Origin: Octopus sinensis
Taxonomy: Eukaryota
DNA: 64,000 nucleotides
Reading direction: 5' to 3'
Assembly (NCBI RefSeq): GCF_006345805.1
Contig: NC_043000.1
Span: forward strand, 33,356,001 to 33,420,000
Positions 62,459 to 64,000 of the stretch are shown here, piece by piece. The notes under the pieces are model-generated. The model saw only the letters and a list, made by a program, of their open reading frames with translations. It was not told the DNA's origin and did not search any database. Position 1 is the first letter of the stretch, and each line of letters begins with the position of its first letter. The translations under genes were made by a program, and so were the position numbers.

Positions 62459-62504
62459 TAATCATTTCTCCACGTGAGGTTAACACAACCCCATCATTTA
62501 CTGA

Positions 62505-62543
<39 letters not shown>

Positions 62544-62582
62544 GTGTGTGTGGCTGTGTGGTAAGAACTTTGCTTCTCAACA

Positions 62583-62975
62583 ACATATATACAAGTTGCA
62601 TACAAGGCCAGTATAATGGATCGCAACAGAGTAACAAAGAGTGACGGGCAACTCGTTCAAGGAAAGATACATACAACACCTGGAGTCATTCAGGGACAAA
62701 AATAAAAGACATTCAGCATCTCTCTCTAATATGATATGGACATTGAAAGAAGGAAAAATAAGTAACCCCCAGATAAAATGGAATATCATAGCTAAGGCCA
62801 GAAAATACAATACTGTGGACGGGGTAGCAAATGTGAATTCTGCATCACTAAAAAACCAAATATACAGTCAAAAGATAACATCCGAAATACTAGGGATGGA
62901 ACCTCTCCCTGCGTATACAAGCAATATTTCACACTTAAACACTTCAAGGAAGAGCCACCTTCCGCGCCGCTAACC
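62583..62975 (+). pseudogene. Penelope-like element GIY-YIG endonuclease remnant
   Basis: T..SFKERY..H..SFR...RHSASLS..IW.LK...I.W.II.KA..Y, then CEFC in a shifted frame, the CCHH-containing pattern of PLE endonucleases. Confidence 0.8.
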
Positions 62976-63373
62976 CAATCAGGACAGTTTCTTTCTCTGA
63001 ACGTGAAAATTGAATGAAAATTCCCCCCTTGACGAACTACCTCAGTACACAAACACACAAACATCACATATACCCAGAATATAATAAAATGCAATGCAAA
63101 CAAATTTTACCATCCAATTTTCCTCCAAAGTCAAATTCAAGGGTGATAACCATTCAAAAGCTGTCACCCAAGAGTAGCGCTCCTTGGTTTATTGTTTTCT
63201 TTACGAGACTTTCCGCGATTTCTCGTGACTTTGGGCTTTCATCCGAAATGGAGACGAACACCATTCTTCCATGTAATTAGCACACACACACAAACACACT
63301 CATATATATTATCTTGTTACATCTCTCTCTAAAATGCATATGAGTGTATCAGATATATGTATCTCTCTCTCTC

Positions 63374-63419
<46 letters not shown>

Positions 63420-63728
63420 TGTACACACACACACAAATATATATATATATATATATACAGATATCTATATCTGTCTACCTATCTATCTATATATCTATCT
63501 ATCCATCTATTTATAGATATACATACACATAGGTGTGTGTATATGTGTATGTGCACTCAGTCTGATGGAAGCTGGTTCGTAATGAAACAGAGAGGAGAGG
63601 GAGGGAGAAAGAAGAGGGAGAGAGGAAGAGGGAGGAAGTGAGAGAGAGAGAAGGGAGAGAGAGTGAGAGAAAGAGTATTATAAGTACTAAAATTTTGAGG
63701 ATGTACCAGTCTCCATATTCTCTATCGT

Positions 63729-64000
<272 letters not shown>

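Overview
AT-rich, microsatellite-dense animal DNA. The SINE/LINE complement suggests an octopod cephalopod (Octopus); this is an inference from recalled repeat families, not a database result. No host protein-coding gene is confidently visible, and almost all six-frame ORFs are microsatellite or transposon translations. The core of the window (19.0-35.5 kb) is a tRNA gene cluster. It holds five intact intronless tRNA-Arg(UCU) genes, two of which sit in the arms of a ~1.17-kb genomic palindrome. It also holds two tandem paralogues whose anticodons changed independently (UGU, GCU) and a decayed initiator tRNA-Met. The cluster is interleaved with a degenerate ~46-bp satellite with a ~92-bp dimeric higher-order unit, invaded by a young CR1 LINE, SINEs and a LINE fragment. 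Two short repeat families carry minimal hammerhead-ribozyme-like folds; one is fully paired and has a swapped G3:C8 core pair. The rest is nested TEs: four tRNA-derived SINE families; RTE, CR1, R4/Dong-like and Penelope relics; Tc1 and mariner pseudogenes; several MITEs with clean TSDs; and a head-to-tail Helitron heterodimer. SINE copies left of ~15.7 kb are CpG-decayed, while copies to the right mostly are not. All coordinates were counted by hand; boundaries marked approximate may be off by several bases.
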